Shown here one piece after another: positions 36,614-49,599 of a DNA stretch of 64,000 bases. A model generated the notes under the pieces. The model was not told the DNA's origin and ran no database searches. It saw only the letters and a list, made by a program, of their open reading frames with translations. The number at the start of each line of letters is the position of its first letter. Positions within the stretch are counted from its first letter, which is position 1. The translations under genes were made by a program, and so were the position numbers. Source of the stretch: Squalus acanthias (Eukaryota); NCBI GenBank assembly GCA_030390025.1, contig CM059432.1, positions 80,044,001 to 80,108,000 on the forward strand, in the 5' to 3' direction.

Positions 36614-39600
36614 CTCCCCCTCAGATTCCCTCTCTCTCACCCTTTCCTATTCCCTCTCTCTCTCTCTCCACCCCCCCACCGCAGATTCCCCCTCGCTCAC
36701 TCCGATTCCCCCTCTGATCCCCCCTCTCTCACCCCCACAGATTCCCCCCCCCGCAGATTCCCCCTCTCTCGCACGCCGTCAGATTCTCCCTCTCACCCAG
36801 ATTCCCTCTGATCCCCGCTCTCTCTCTCGCCCCCTCAGATTCCCCCCCTCTCTCGCCCCTTCAGATTCCCCCTCTCTCGCCCCCTCAGATTCCCCCCTCT
36901 CTCGCCCCCTCAGATTCCCCCCCTCTCTCGCCCCCTCAGATTCCCCCCCTCTCTCGCCCCCCTCTCTCCCTCAGATTCCCCCTCCCCCTCCCCCTCTCTC
37001 ACCCTCACATTCCCCCCTCCCCCCCCTCTCACCCTCACATTCCCCCCTCCCCCCCTCTCACCCTCACATTCCCCCCTCCCCCCCTCACATTCCCCCTCCC
37101 CCCCTCTCACCCTCACATTCCCCCTCTCCTCCCCCCCCAGATTCCCCCCTCCCCCCCCCAGATTCCCCCCTCTCTCCGCCCCCCCAGATTCCCCCCTCTC
37201 TCCCCCCCCCCAGATTCCCCCCTCTCCCCCCCCCCCCAGATTCCCCCCTCTCCCCCCCCCCCCAGATTCCCCCCTCTCTCCCCCCCCAGATTCCCCCCTC
37301 TCTCCCCCCCCCCAGATTCCCCCCTCTCTCTCCCCCCCCAGATTCCCCCCTCTCCCCCCCCCCAGATTCCCCCCTCTCCCCCCCAGATTCCCCCCTCTCC
37401 CCCCCCCCCAGATTCCCCCCTCTCCCCCCCCCAGATTCCCCCCTCTCCCCCCCCCAGATTCCCCCCTCTCCCCCCCCCCAGATTCCCCCCTCTCCCCCCC
37501 CTCCAGATTCCCCCCTCTGCCCCCCCAGATTCCCCCCTCTCCAGATTCCCCCCTCTCTCCCCCCCCAGATTCCCCCCTCTCCCCCCCAGATTTCCCCCTC
37601 TCCCCCCCCCAGATTTCCCCCTCTCCCCCCCCCAGATTTCCCCCTCTCCCCCCCCAGATTTCCCCCTCTCTCCCCCCCAGATTCCCCCCTCTCTCCCCCC
37701 CAGATTCCCCCCTCTGTTGCCCCCCCCAAGATTCCCCCCCCTGTCGCCCCCCCAGATTCCCCCCTCTGCACCCCCCCAGTTTACCACCACTCCCCCCCCA
37801 GATTCCCCCCTCTCCCCCCCCAGTTTCCCACCTCTCCCCCCCCCCCAAATTCCCACCTCTCCCCCCCCCAAATTCCCACCTCTCCCCCCCCAGATTTCCC
37901 CCCCCAGATTTCCCCCCACTCTCCCCCCCCCAGATTTCCCCCCTCTCCCCCCCCCAGATTTCCCCCCTCCCCCCCCCCAGATTTCCCCCTTTCTCTCCCC
38001 CCCCAGATTTCCCCCCTCTCTCCCCCCCCCAGATTTCCCCCCTCTCCCCCCGCCCAGATTCCCCCCGCCCAGATTCCCCCCTCCCTCCCCCCCGCCCAGA
38101 TTCCCCCCTCCCTCCCCCCCGCCCAGATTCCCCCCTCCCTCCCCCCCGCCCAGATTCCCCCCTCCCTCCCCCCCGCCCAGATTCCCCCCCTCCCTCCCCC
38201 CCGCCCAGATTCCCCCCCTCTCCCCCCCCCGCCCAGATTCCCCCCCTCTCCCCCCCCGCCCAGATTCCCCCTCTCCCCCCCGCCCAGATTCCCCCCTCTC
38301 CCCCCCCCCAGATTCCCCCGCCCAGATTCCCCCTCCCCCGATTCCCCCCTCCCCCGATTCCCCCCTCTCCCCCTCCCCCGATTTCCCCCCCCCCCCCAGA
38401 TCCCCCCTCCCCCCCCCCAGATTCCCCCCTCCCCCCCCCCCAGATTCCCCCCTCCCCCCCCCCCCAGATTCCCCCCTCCCCCCCCCCCCAGATTCCCCCC
38501 TCTCCCACCCAGATTCCCCCTCTCCCCCCCAGATTTCCCCCTCCCCCCCCCCCCAGATTTCCCACTCTCCCCCCCCCAGATTTCCCCCTCTCCCCCCCCC
38601 AGATTTCCCCCTCTGTCGCCCCCCCCAAAATTCCCCCCCGTCGCCCACCCAGTTTACCACCCTCCCCCCCCCCCAGATTCCCCCCTCTCCCCCCCCAGTT
38701 TCCCACCTCTCCCCCCCCAAATTCCCACCTCTCCCCCCCCCAAATTCCCACCTCTCCCCCCCCAGATTTCCCCCCTCTCCCCCCCCCAGATTTCCCCCCT
38801 CTCCCCCCCCAGATTTCCCCCCTCTCTCCCCCCCAGATTTCCCCCCTCTCTCCCCCCCCAGATTCCCCCCCTCTCCCCCCCAGATTCCCCCCCTCTCTCC
38901 CCCCCCAGATTCCCCCCCTCTCCCCCTCCAGATTTCCCCCCTCTCTCCCCCCCCAGATTTCCCCCCTCTCTCCCCCCCAGATTTCCCCCCTCCCTCCCCC
39001 CCGCCCAGATTCCCCCCTCCCTCCCCCCCGCCCAGATTCCCCCCTCCCTCCCCCCCGCCCAGATTCCCCCCTCCCTCCCCCCCGCCCAGATTCCCCCCCT
39101 CTCCCCCCCGCCCAGATTCCCCCCCTCTCCCCCCCCCCCGCCCAGATTCCCCCCCTCTCCCCCCCGCCCAGATTCCCCCCCTCTCCCCCCCCGCCCAGAT
39201 CCCCCCCCTCTCCCCGCCCCAAGATCCCCCCTCTCACCCACCAATTCCCCCCCTCCCCCATCCCCCCCGTCCCGTTCCCCCCTCCACACCTCCCCCCCCC
39301 AGAATCCCCCCTCCCCGATTCCTCCCCCCTCCCTCTCTCCCCCCCCAAGATTCCCCCTCTCTCCTCTCTCCCCCCACCCCCAATTCCCCCCTCTCTCCCC
39401 CCCCGATTCCCCCTCTTTCCCCCCCCATTCCCCCTCTTTTCCCCCCCCCCCGATTCCCCCACCCCCATTCCCCCACCCCAGATCCCCCCTCTCCTTCCCC
39501 CCCCAATTCCCCACCCCAGATTCCCCACCCCTCTTCCCCCCCCCAGATTCCCCCCTGTTCCCCCCACCCCAGCTTCCCCCGTTCCCCCCCCCCCATATTC

Positions 39601-42600
39601 CCCCGGTCCCCCCCCCCCCAGATTCCCCCCTCTCTTCATCCCCCCCCCAGATCCCTCTCTCTTCCCCCGCCCCCGATCCCCCACCCCCCAGATTCCCCCC
39701 TCTCTCCCCCCCCCCAGATCCCCCCCCCCCAGATTCCCCCCCCCCAGATTCCCCCCTCTCTTCCCCCCCCAGATTCCCCCTCTCTTCCCCCCCCAGATTC
39801 CCCCCTCTCTTCCCCCCCCCAGATTCCCCCCTCTCTTCCCCCCCCCAGATTCCCCCCTCTCTTCCCCCCCACCCCAGATTACCCCCTCTCTTCCCCCCCC
39901 AGATTCCCCCCTCTCTTCCCCCCCCCAGATTCCCCCCTCTCTTCCCCCCCCAGATTCCCCCCTCTCTTCCCCCCCAGATTCCCCCCTCTCTTCCCCCCCC
40001 AGATTCCCCCCTCTCTTCCCCCCCCAGATTCCCCCCTCTCTTCCCCCCCAGATTCCCCCCTCTCTTCCCCCCCCCAGATTCCCCCTCTCCCCCCCCAGAT
40101 TGCCCCCTCTCTCCCCCCCCAGATTCCCCCCCCCCAGATTCCCCCTCTCCCCCCCCCCCAGATTCCCCCTCTCCCCTCCCCCAGATTCCCCCTCTCCCCC
40201 CCCCAGATTCCCCCTCTCCCCTCCCCCAGATTCCCCCTCTCCCCCCCCCAGATTCCCCCCTCTCCCCCCAGATTCCCCCTCTCCCCCCCCCCAGATTCCC
40301 CCCTCTCCCCCCCCCAGATTCCCCCCTCTCTCCCTCCCAGATTCCCAGATTCCCCCCCAGATTCCTCCCTCTCCCCCCCTCAGATTCCCCTCTCCCCCCC
40401 CTCAGATTCCCCTCTCCCCCCCCTCAGATTCCCCTCTTCCCCCCCTCAGATTCCCCTCTTCCTCCCCCTCAGATTCCCCTCTTCCCCCCCCTCAGATTCC
40501 CCCCTCCCTCCCCCCTCAGATTCCCCCCTCAGATTCCCCTCTCTCCCTCCCCCCTCAGATTCCCCTCTCTCCCTCCCCCCTCAGATTCCCCTCTCTCCCT
40601 CCCCCCTCAGATTCCCCTCTCTCCCTCCCCCCCAGATTCCCCTCGCTCCCTCCCCCCTCAGATTCCCCTCGCTCCCTCCCCCCTCAGATTCCCCTCGCTC
40701 CCTCCCCCCTCAGATTCCCCTCGCTCCCTCCCCCCTCAGATTCCCCTCGCTCCCTCCCCCCTCAGATTCCCCTCGCTCCCTCCCCCCTCAGATTCCCCTC
40801 TCTCCCCCCTCAGATTACCCTCTCTCCCCCCTCAGATTCCCCTCTCTCCCCCCCCCCTCAGATTCCCCTCTCTCCCCCCTTCAGATTCCCCTCTCCCCCC
40901 CCTCAGATTCCCCTTTCTTCCCCCCCCGATTCCCCCACCCCAGATTCCCCCCCCCAGATTCCCCCCTCTCTTCCCCCCCAGATTCCCCCCTCTCTTCCCC
41001 CCCCCCCAGATTCCCCCCTCTCTTCCCCCCCCCCCAGATTCCCCCCTCTCTTCCCCCCCCCCCAGATTCCCCCCTCTCTTCCCCCCCCCCAGATTCCCCC
41101 CTCTCTTCCCCCCCCCCCAGATTCCCCCCTCTTCCCCCCCCCCAGATTCCCCCCTCTCTCCCCCCCCCCCAGATTCCCCCCTCTCTTCCCCCCCCAGATT
41201 CCCCCCTCTCTTCCCCCCCCCCAGATTCCCCCCCTCTCTTCCCCCCCCCCAGATTCCCCCCTCTCTTCCCCCCCCCCAGATTCCCCCCTCTCTTCCCCCC
41301 CAGATTCCCCCCTCTCTTCCCCCCCCAGATTCCCCCCTCTCTTCCCCCCCCCAGATTCCCCCCTCTCTTCCCCCCCCCAGATTCCCCCCTCTCTTCCCCC
41401 CCCAGATTCCCCCTCTCTTCCCCCCCCCAGATTCCCCCCTCTCTTCCCCCCCCCCAGATTCCCCCCTCTCTTCCCCCCCCAGATTCCCCCCTCTCTTCCC
41501 CCCCCAGATTCCCCCCTCTCTTCCCCCCCCCAGATTCCCCCCTCTCTTCCCCCCCCCCCAGATTCCCCCCTCTCTTCCCCCCCCGCCAGATTCCCCCCTC
41601 TTCCCCCCCCCAGATTCCCCCTCTCTTCCCCCCCCCAGATTCCCCCCTCTCTTCCCCCCCCCAGATTCCCCCCTCTCTTCCCCCCCCCCCAGATTCCCCC
41701 CTCTCTTCCCCCCCCCAGATTCCCCCCTCTCTTCCCCCCCCCAGATTCCCCCCTCTCTTCCCCCCTCTCTCCCCCCCAGATTCCCCCCTCTCTTTCCCCC
41801 CCCCAGATTCCCCCTCTCTTCCCCCCCCAGATTCCCCCCTCTCTTCCCCCCCCAGATTCCCCCCTCTCTTCCCCCCAGATTCCCCCCTCTCTTCCCCCCC
41901 CAGATTCCCCCCTCTCTTCCCCCCCCAGATTCCCCCCTCTCTCCCTCAGATTCCCCTCTCCCCCCCCCTCAGATTCCCCTCTGCCCCCCCTCAGATTCCC
42001 CTCTCCCCCCCCCTCAGATTCCCCTCTCCCCCCCCCTCAGATTCCCCTTCCCCCCCCCCTCAGATTCCCCTCTCCCCCCCCTCAGATTCCCCTCTCCCCC
42101 CCCTCAGATTCCCCTCTTCCCCCCCTCAGATTCCCCCCTCTCTTCCCCCCCCCCAGATTCCCCCCTCTCTTCCCCCCCCCCAGATTCCCCCCTCTTCCCC
42201 CCCCCCAGATTCCCCCCTCTCTTCCCCCCCCAGTCCCCCCTCTTCCCCCCCCCAGATTCCCCCCTCTCTTCCCCCCCCCAGATTCCCCCCTCTCTTCCCC
42301 CCCCCCAGATTCCCCCCTCTCTTCCCCCCCCCCCCAGATTCCCCCCTCTCTTCCCCCCCCCAGATTCCCCCCTCTCTTCCCCCCCCCAGATTCCCCCCTC
42401 TCTTCCCCCCCCCAGATTCCCCCCTCTCTTCCCCCCCCCAGATTCCCCCCTCTCTTCCCCCCCCAGATTCCCCCCTCTCTTCCCCCCCCCAGATTCCCCC
42501 CTCTCTTCCCCCCAGATTCCCCCCTCTCTTCCCCCCCCAGATTCCCCTCTCCCCCCCCCTCAGATTCCCCTCTCCCCCCCCTCAGATTCCCCTCTCCCCC

Positions 42601-45600
42601 CCTCAGATTCCCCTCTCCCCCCCCCCTCAGATTCCCCTCTCCCCCCCTCAGATTCCCCTCTTCCCCCCCTCAGATTCCCCTCTTCCCCCCCTCAGATTCC
42701 CCCCTCTCTCCCCCCCCCAGATTCCCCCTCTCTTCCCCCCCCAGATTCCCCCCTCTCTTCCCCCCCCCAGATTCCCCCCTCTCTTCCCCCCCCCCAGATT
42801 CCCCCCTCTCTTCCCCCCCCCCAGATTCCCCCCTCTCTTCCCCCCCCCCAGATTCCCCCCTCTCTTCCCCCCCCCAGATTCCCCCCTCTCTTCCCCCCCT
42901 CTCTCCCCCCCAGATTCCCCCCCTCTTTTCCCCCCCCCCAGATTCCCCCCTCTCTTCCCCCCCCAGATTCCCCCCTCTCTTCCCCCCCAGATTCCCCCCT
43001 CTCTCCCTCAGATTCCCCTCTCCCCCCCCCTCAGATTCCCCTCTCCCCCCCCTCAGATTCCCCTCCCCCCCCTCAGATTCCCCTCTCCCCCCCCTCAGAT
43101 TCCCCTCTCCCCCCCCTCAGATTCCCTCTCCCCCCCCCTCAGATTCCCCTCTCCCCCCCCCCTCAGATTCCCCTCTCCCCCCCCCCTCAGATTCCCTCTC
43201 CCCCCCCTCAGATTCCCCTCTCCCCCCCCCCTCAGATTCCCCTCTCCCCCCCCCTCAGATTCCCCTCTTCCCCCCCTCAGATTCCCCTCTTCCCCCCCTC
43301 AGATTCCCCTCCCCCGCCTCAGATTCCCCTCTCCCTCCACCCTCAGATTCCCCTCTCCCTCCCCCCTCAGATTCCCCTCTCCCTCTCCCCTCAGATTCCC
43401 CCCTCCCTCCCCCCTCAGATTCCCCCCTCCCTCCCCCCTCAGATTCCCCTCTCTCCCTCCCCCCTCAGATTCCCCTCTCTCCCTCCCCCCCCAGATTCCC
43501 CTCGCTCCCTCCCCCCTCAGATTCCCCTCGCTCCCTCCCCCCTCAGATTCCCCTCGCTCCCTCCCCCCTCAGATTCCCCTCGCTCCCTCCCCCCTCAGAT
43601 TCCCCTCGCTCCCTCCCCCCTCAGATTCCCCTCGCTCCCTCCCCCCTCAGATTCCCCTCTCCCCCCCCTCAGATTCCCCTCTCTCCCCCCCCTCAGATTC
43701 CCCTCTCCCCCCCCTCAGATTCCCCTCTCCCCCCCCCTCAGATTCCCCTCTCTTCCCCCCCTCAGATTCCCCTCTCCCCCCCCCCTCAGATTCCCCCCTC
43801 TCTCCCCCCCTTTGATTCCCCCCTCTCCCCCCCCTCAGATTCCCCCCTCTCTCCCCCATCAGATTCCCCCCTCTCCCCCCCTCAGATTCCCCCCTCTCTC
43901 CCCCCCTCAGATTCCCCCCTCTCTCCCCCCTCAGATTCCCCCCTCTCGCCGCCCCTCAGATTCCCCCCTCTCGCCCCCCCTCAGATTCCCCCCTCTCTCC
44001 CCCCCCTCAGATTCCCCCCTCTCTCCCCCCCTTAGATTCCCCCCTCAGATTCCCCCCCTTACATTCCCCCCTCTCTCCCCCCCTTAGATTCCCCCCTCTC
44101 TCCCCCCCTTAGATTCCCCCCTCTCTCCCCCCCTCAGATTCCCCCCTCTCTCCCCCCCTCTCTCCCCCCCTCAGATTCCCCCCTCTCCCCCCCAGATTCC
44201 CCCCTCTCCCCCCCAGATTCCCCCCTCTCCCCCCCAGATCCCCCCCTCTCTCCCCCCCCTCAGATTCCCCCCCCTCAGATTCCCCCCTCTCTCCCCCCCA
44301 CAGATTCCCCCCTCTCTCCCCCCCTCAGATTCCCCCCTCTCAGATTCCCCCCTCTCCCTCCCCCCTCAGATTCCCCTCTCCCCCCCCTCAGATTCCCCTC
44401 TCCCCCCCCTCAGATTCCCCTCTCTCCCCCCCTCAGATTCCCCTCTCTCCCCCCCCTCAGATTCCCCTCTCTCCCCCCCCTCAGATTCCCCTCTCTCCCC
44501 CCCTCAGATTCCCCTTTCTCCCCCCCTCAGATTCCCCTCTCTCCCCCCCTCAGATTCCCCTCTCTCCCCCCCTCAGATTTCCCCCCCCCTCAGATTCCCC
44601 CCCTCTCCCCCCCTCAGATTCCCCCCTCTCCCCCCCCCTCAGATTCCCCCCTCTCCCCCCCCTCAGATTCCCCCCTCTCTCCCCCCCTCAGATTCCCCCC
44701 TCTCTCCCCCCCTCAGATTCCCCCTCTCTCCCCCCCTCAGATTCCCCCCTCTCTCCCCCCCTCAGATTCCCCCCTCCTCAGATTCCCCTCTTCCCCCCCC
44801 CCTCAGATTCCCCTCTTCCCCCCCCCCTCAGATTCCCCTCTTCCCCCCCCTCAGATTCCCCTCTTCCCCCCCCTCAGATTCCCCTCTTCCCCCCCCCCTT
44901 AGATTCCCCCCTCTCCCCCCCAGATCCCCCCCTATCCCCCCTCTCCCCCCCAGATCCCCCCCTCTCCCCCCCTCTCCCCCCCAGATCCCCCCCTCTCCCC
45001 CCCAGATCCCCCCCTCAGATTCCCCCCCCCCCCTCAGAATTCCCCCCCCCCCTCAGATTCCCCTCTCCCCCCCTCAGATTCCCCCCCACAGATTCCCCCC
45101 TCTCTCCCCCCCACAGATTCCCCCCCTCTCCCCCCCCTCAGATTCCCCCCTCTCCCCCCTCAGATTCCCCCCTCTCTTCCCCCCCCTCAGATTCCCCCCT
45201 CTCTTCCCCCCCCTCAGATTCCCCCCTCTCTTCCCCCCCCCTCAGATTCCCCCCTCTCTTCCCCCCCCTCAGATTCCCCCTCTCTTCCCCCCCCTCAGAT
45301 TCCCCCCTCTCTTCCCCCCCCCTCAGATTCCCCCCTCTCTTCCCCCCCCTCAGATTCCCCCCTCTCTTCCCCCCCCTCAGATTCCCCCCTCAGATTCCCC
45401 CCTCTCTTCCCCCCCTCAGATTCCCCCCTCTCTTCCCCCCCCCCTCAGATTCCCCCCTCTCTTCCCCCCCCCTCAGATTCCCCCCTCTCTCCCCCCCACA
45501 GATTCCCCCCTCTCTCCCCCCCTCAGATTCCCCCCTCTCCCCCCCCTCTCCCCCCCTCAGATTCCCCCCTCTCTTCCCCCCCCTCAGATTCCCCCCTCTC

Positions 45601-46180
45601 TGATTCCCCCCTCTCTTCCCCCCTCTCTTCCCCCCCCCTCAGATTCCCCCCTCTTCCCCCCCCAGATTCCCCCCTCTCTTCCCCCCCCCTCAGATTCCCC
45701 CCTCTCTTCCCCCCCCCTCAGATTCCCCCCTCTCTTCCCCCCCCCTCAGATTCCCCCCTCTCTTCCCCCCCCCTCAGATTCCCCCCTCTCTTCCCCCCCC
45801 TCAGATTCCCCCCTCTCTTCCCCCCCCCTCAGATTCCCCCCTCTCTTCCCTCCCCCCTCTCTCCCCCCCTCAGATTCCCCCCTCTCTCCCCCCCTCAGAT
45901 TCCCCCCTCTCTCCCCCCCTCAGATTCCCCCCTCTCTCCCCCCCCTCACCCCCCCCTCTCTCCCCCCCTCAGATTCCCCCCTCAGATTCCCCCCTCTCCC
46001 CCCTCAGATTCCCCCCTCAGATTCCCCCCCTCTCCCCCAGATTCTCTCCCCATATCTCTCTCTCTACCCCCCTCAGACTCACCCCCTCACTCACCCCCTC
46101 AGACTCACCCCCTCACTCACTCCCTCCGATTCCCTCTCTTTCACCATCTCAGATTTCTCTCTCTCTCTCTCTCTCTCTCC
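36614..46180 (+). repeat. ~9.5-kb C-rich minisatellite, unit ~20-27 bp, core CAGATTC-C(n)-TCTC(TT)-C(n)
   Basis: Hundreds of CAGATTC cores separated by C-runs; the + strand is overwhelmingly pyrimidine. It grades into (CT)n at both ends. Confidence 0.97.
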
Positions 46181-47289
46181 ACCCGCCTCCCACCCGATCC
46201 ACGTGCATGCACAGAAGGCCATGCAGCATATTCATGCAAATAATCACTCCAAAAAATAAGAGACTTTTCTAGTCAACTCGTAAGTTACACCAGTCAACTC
46301 TCATTTCACATCAATTTTAAATGTACAGGTAGTTAAAGAAAAAAAACCTTTACATGCCTCCATATTTTAATCCACACTGAAAGATTGTGCATCTCAGGAG
46401 GATATTGTCAAGAATATTTCATGTATAATACTCTGGAGTATATGTCTATCACTATGTGGCACAAACTTACCAATACATAATAACCAGCAAAATATACCGC
46501 TTCCCACACATAACTCAAAATATATCCAACTCCAACGCAGGATTAAATAATAGCACATTATAAACAAGGCTGTAACTAATAAAAACAGAAAGAAACGATT
46601 TGTTGCAACAAATTCACTAAGCAACTATAATTTCAGATTTATAATAAATATTGTAAAAGTAATAACTTGGGATACAATAATCTTCCACTGGTAACTTTCA
46701 TTATACTGATTGACCTAGAATAGTTAGTGTTATTTCTCAACTAACAATATTACGCTATGGTATTTGTTGACAGTCATTTCATCACATAGAAGGACTTCCT
46801 TTTCAAACAAAAATCAGAAAGCACCACAGCACATGTTGTCTTAACTATCTAGATTTCAGACAACGTGGACTATGACAGACTACAGAAACAACAATAATAC
46901 TAACAGAAAGCTTGGTGCTTTCCTATTTTGGATGGGGAAAGGGAGGAAAATGAGCACCCAGCTCACCAAAGCAACATTAATAATTTTATAGCAAACATAC
47001 AGTTTTCTAAATGCACCTTCGACTGTTACTAAAATGCATTATTGGTCATTTTATAACTAAGACACCTATAGCTACTGAACATTTATTTACACAAGTGGAT
47101 AGATGTAGTCACTGTGAAGTAAAAGGACATTCTAACAAATGTATTGAGATTTCAAAACTGCAACACAAAGTAATTAAAGCTCAGGCTCTATACACTGCAC
47201 ATAGAATTTGGTGACACTCCAAAGAGTTCAGGTGACAAGAAACTGAATTATTTCTTGTCTGAAACTAGAGATGCACTACTACTACTACC

Positions 47290-48950
47290 TACAACAACAA
47301 CAACTAACTACAACAAGTCTTTGTATAGTGCCTTTAACATAGTAAAATGTCCCAAGGCGCTTCACAGGAGCATTACAAAACAATATGACACCGAAGGAGA
47401 TATTAGGGCAGATGAAAGAGGTAGGTTTTAAGGAGCGTCTTAAAGAAGGAAACAGGTAGAGAGGCAGAGAGGTTTAGGGAGGGAATTCCAGAACTTAGGG
47501 CCTTGGTAGATGAAGGCACGGCCACCAATAATGGAGCAATTAAAATCAGGGATGCTTGAGACTAGAATTAGAGGAGTGCAGATATCTCAAAGGGTTGTGG
47601 GGCTGGAGGAGATTACAGAGATAGGGAGGGGCGAGGCCACGGAGGAATTTGAAAACAAGGATGAGAATTTTAAAATCGAGGCGTTGCTTAACTGGGAGCC
47701 AATGTAGGTCAGTGAGCAGAGGAGTGATGGGTGAACGGAACTTGGTGCGAGTTAGGATACGGGCAGCAGAGTTTTGGACGACCTTAAGTTTACGTAGGGT
47801 AGAATGTGGGAGGCCAGCCAGGAGTGCGTTGGAATAGTCAATTCTAGAGGTAACAAACACTAGTTAGGCCTCAGCTAGAGTACTGCGTGCAGTTCTGGTC
47901 ACCACATTACAGGAAAGATGTGATTGCACTAGAGAGGGTGCAGAGGAGATTTACAAGGATGTTGCTGGGAGTAGAGAATCTTAGCTATGAGGAAAGACTG
48001 GATAGCCTGGGTCTGTTTTCCTTGGAACAGAGGCGGCTGAGGGGAGACCTTATTGAGGTGTATAAAATTATGAGGGGCATAGATAAGGTGGATAGAAAGG
48101 ACGTATTTCCCTTAGCAGAGGGGTCAAAAACCAGGGGGCACAGATTTAAAGTAATTGGGGGAAGGTTTAGAGGGGATTTGAAGGGAAATTTCTTCACCCA
48201 GAGGGTTGTGGGGATCTGGAACTCACTGCCTGAAAGGGTGGTAGAGGCAGGAACCCTAACCACATTTAAAAAGTACTTGGATGTACACTTGGGATGCTCT
48301 AACCTGCAGGGTTATGGACCAAGAGCTGGGAAGTGGGATTAGGCTGGATAGCTCTTTGTTGGCCGGCGCGGACACGATGGGCCGAAATGGCCTCCTTCCG
48401 TGCTGTAACTTTCCATGATTCTATTAAAGGCATGGATGAGGGTTTCAACAGGAGATGAGCTGAGGCAGGGGCAGAGTCGAGCGATGTTCTAGAGATGGAA
48501 ATTGGCAGTCATAGTGATGGCGCGGATATGTGGTCAGAAGTTCATCTCGGGGTCAAATACAACACCAAGGTTGCGAACAGTCTGGTTCGGCCTCAGACAA
48601 TTGCCAGGGAGAGGGATGGAGTCAGTGGCTAGGGAATAGAGATTGTGGCGCAGACAGAAGACAATGGCTTCAGTCTTCCCAATATTTAGTTGGAGGAAAT
48701 TTCTGCTCATCCAGTACTGGATGTCGGACAAGCAGCCTGACAATTTGGAAACGGTGGAGGGGTCGAGAGACGTGGTGGTGAGGTAGAGCAGGGTGTCGTC
48801 AGCGTACATGCAGAAACTAATGCTGCGTTTTCAGATGATGTCGCTGAGGGACCGCATGTAGATGAAAAATAGGAGGGGGCCAAGGATAAATCCTTGGGGG
48901 ACACCAGAGCTAATGGTGCCGGTGCTGGAAGAGAAACCATTGCAGGTGAC
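47290..48950 (-). mobile_element. L2-type LINE split by a CR1 insertion
   Basis: YADDTLLYL..WMSRNFLQLNIGKTEAIVF and FVTSRIDYSNALLAGLP..LHWLPVKQRLDFKIL; the break is at GTAACAAA|...|AAAGGCATGG. Confidence 0.88.
47858..48425 (+). mobile_element. CR1 LINE 3' fragment nested in L2
   Basis: QFWSPHYRKDVIALERVQRRFTRML..KTRGHRFKV..FFTQRVVGIWNSLP. Confidence 0.92.
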
Positions 48951-49063
48951 ACTGGGGAAGAGGCATTTAAGAAGATGGTTTGCAGTAGAGAAAAGAAGCT
49001 GAGGGTTGTCTTTGCATTCCAGGATGATCCGACTGGAAACAAACTCTTAAGTACATAACAACG

Positions 49064-49522
49064 AAAAAAAGACTTGCATTTATATTGTCCCTTTCACAAC
49101 CTCAGGACGTCCCAAAGCGCTTTACAGCCAATTAAGTACTTGAAGTGGAGTCACTGTTGTAATGTAGGAAACGCGGCAGCCAATTTGCACACAGCAAGCT
49201 CCCACAAACAGCAATGTGATAATGCCCAAATAATCTGTTTTGTTATGTTGATTGAGGGATAAATATTGGGCAGGACACCAGGGATAACTCCCCTGGCTCT
49301 TCTTCGAAATAGTGCCATTGGATCTTTTACGTCCACCTGAGAAAGCAGACGGGACCTCGGTTTAACGTCTCATCCGAAAGACGGCACCTCCGACAATGCA
49401 GCACTCCCTCGGCACTGCACTGGAGTGTCAGCCTAGATTTTTGTGCTCAAGTCTCTGGAGTGGGACTTGAACCCACAACCCTCTGACTGAGAGGAGAGTG
49501 CTACCAACTGAGCCACGGCTGG
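49064..49522 (-). mobile_element. DeuSINE-like (SacSINE1/AmnSINE-related) tRNA SINE
   Basis: A box TGGCTCAGTTGG and B box GGTTCAAGTCC. Central GGAGGTGCCGTCTTTCGGATGAGACGTTAAACCGAGG is recalled as Deu-domain-like. L2-like tail. Confidence 0.78.
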
Positions 49523-49599
49523 CATTGTAATGTAAATACTTGACAAAACTCTGATGTAATGGATCTGACTGCTATCAACCCAAACGTAGCCAGTGCATC

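Noticed and set aside
36910..44087. Very long Pro-rich (+) and Gly-rich (-) ORFs up to 2032 aa
   Set aside because: They are translations of the C-rich satellite, which lacks stop codons. They are open in multiple frames on both strands and mostly begin at non-ATG codons.
36614..46180. CRISPR-like or telomeric array
   Set aside because: No unique spacers (only C-run variation), no cas genes, eukaryotic context, and the unit is not TTAGGG.
49440..49522. tRNA gene
   Set aside because: The A/B boxes belong to a SINE head continuing into SINE body; no full cloverleaf.
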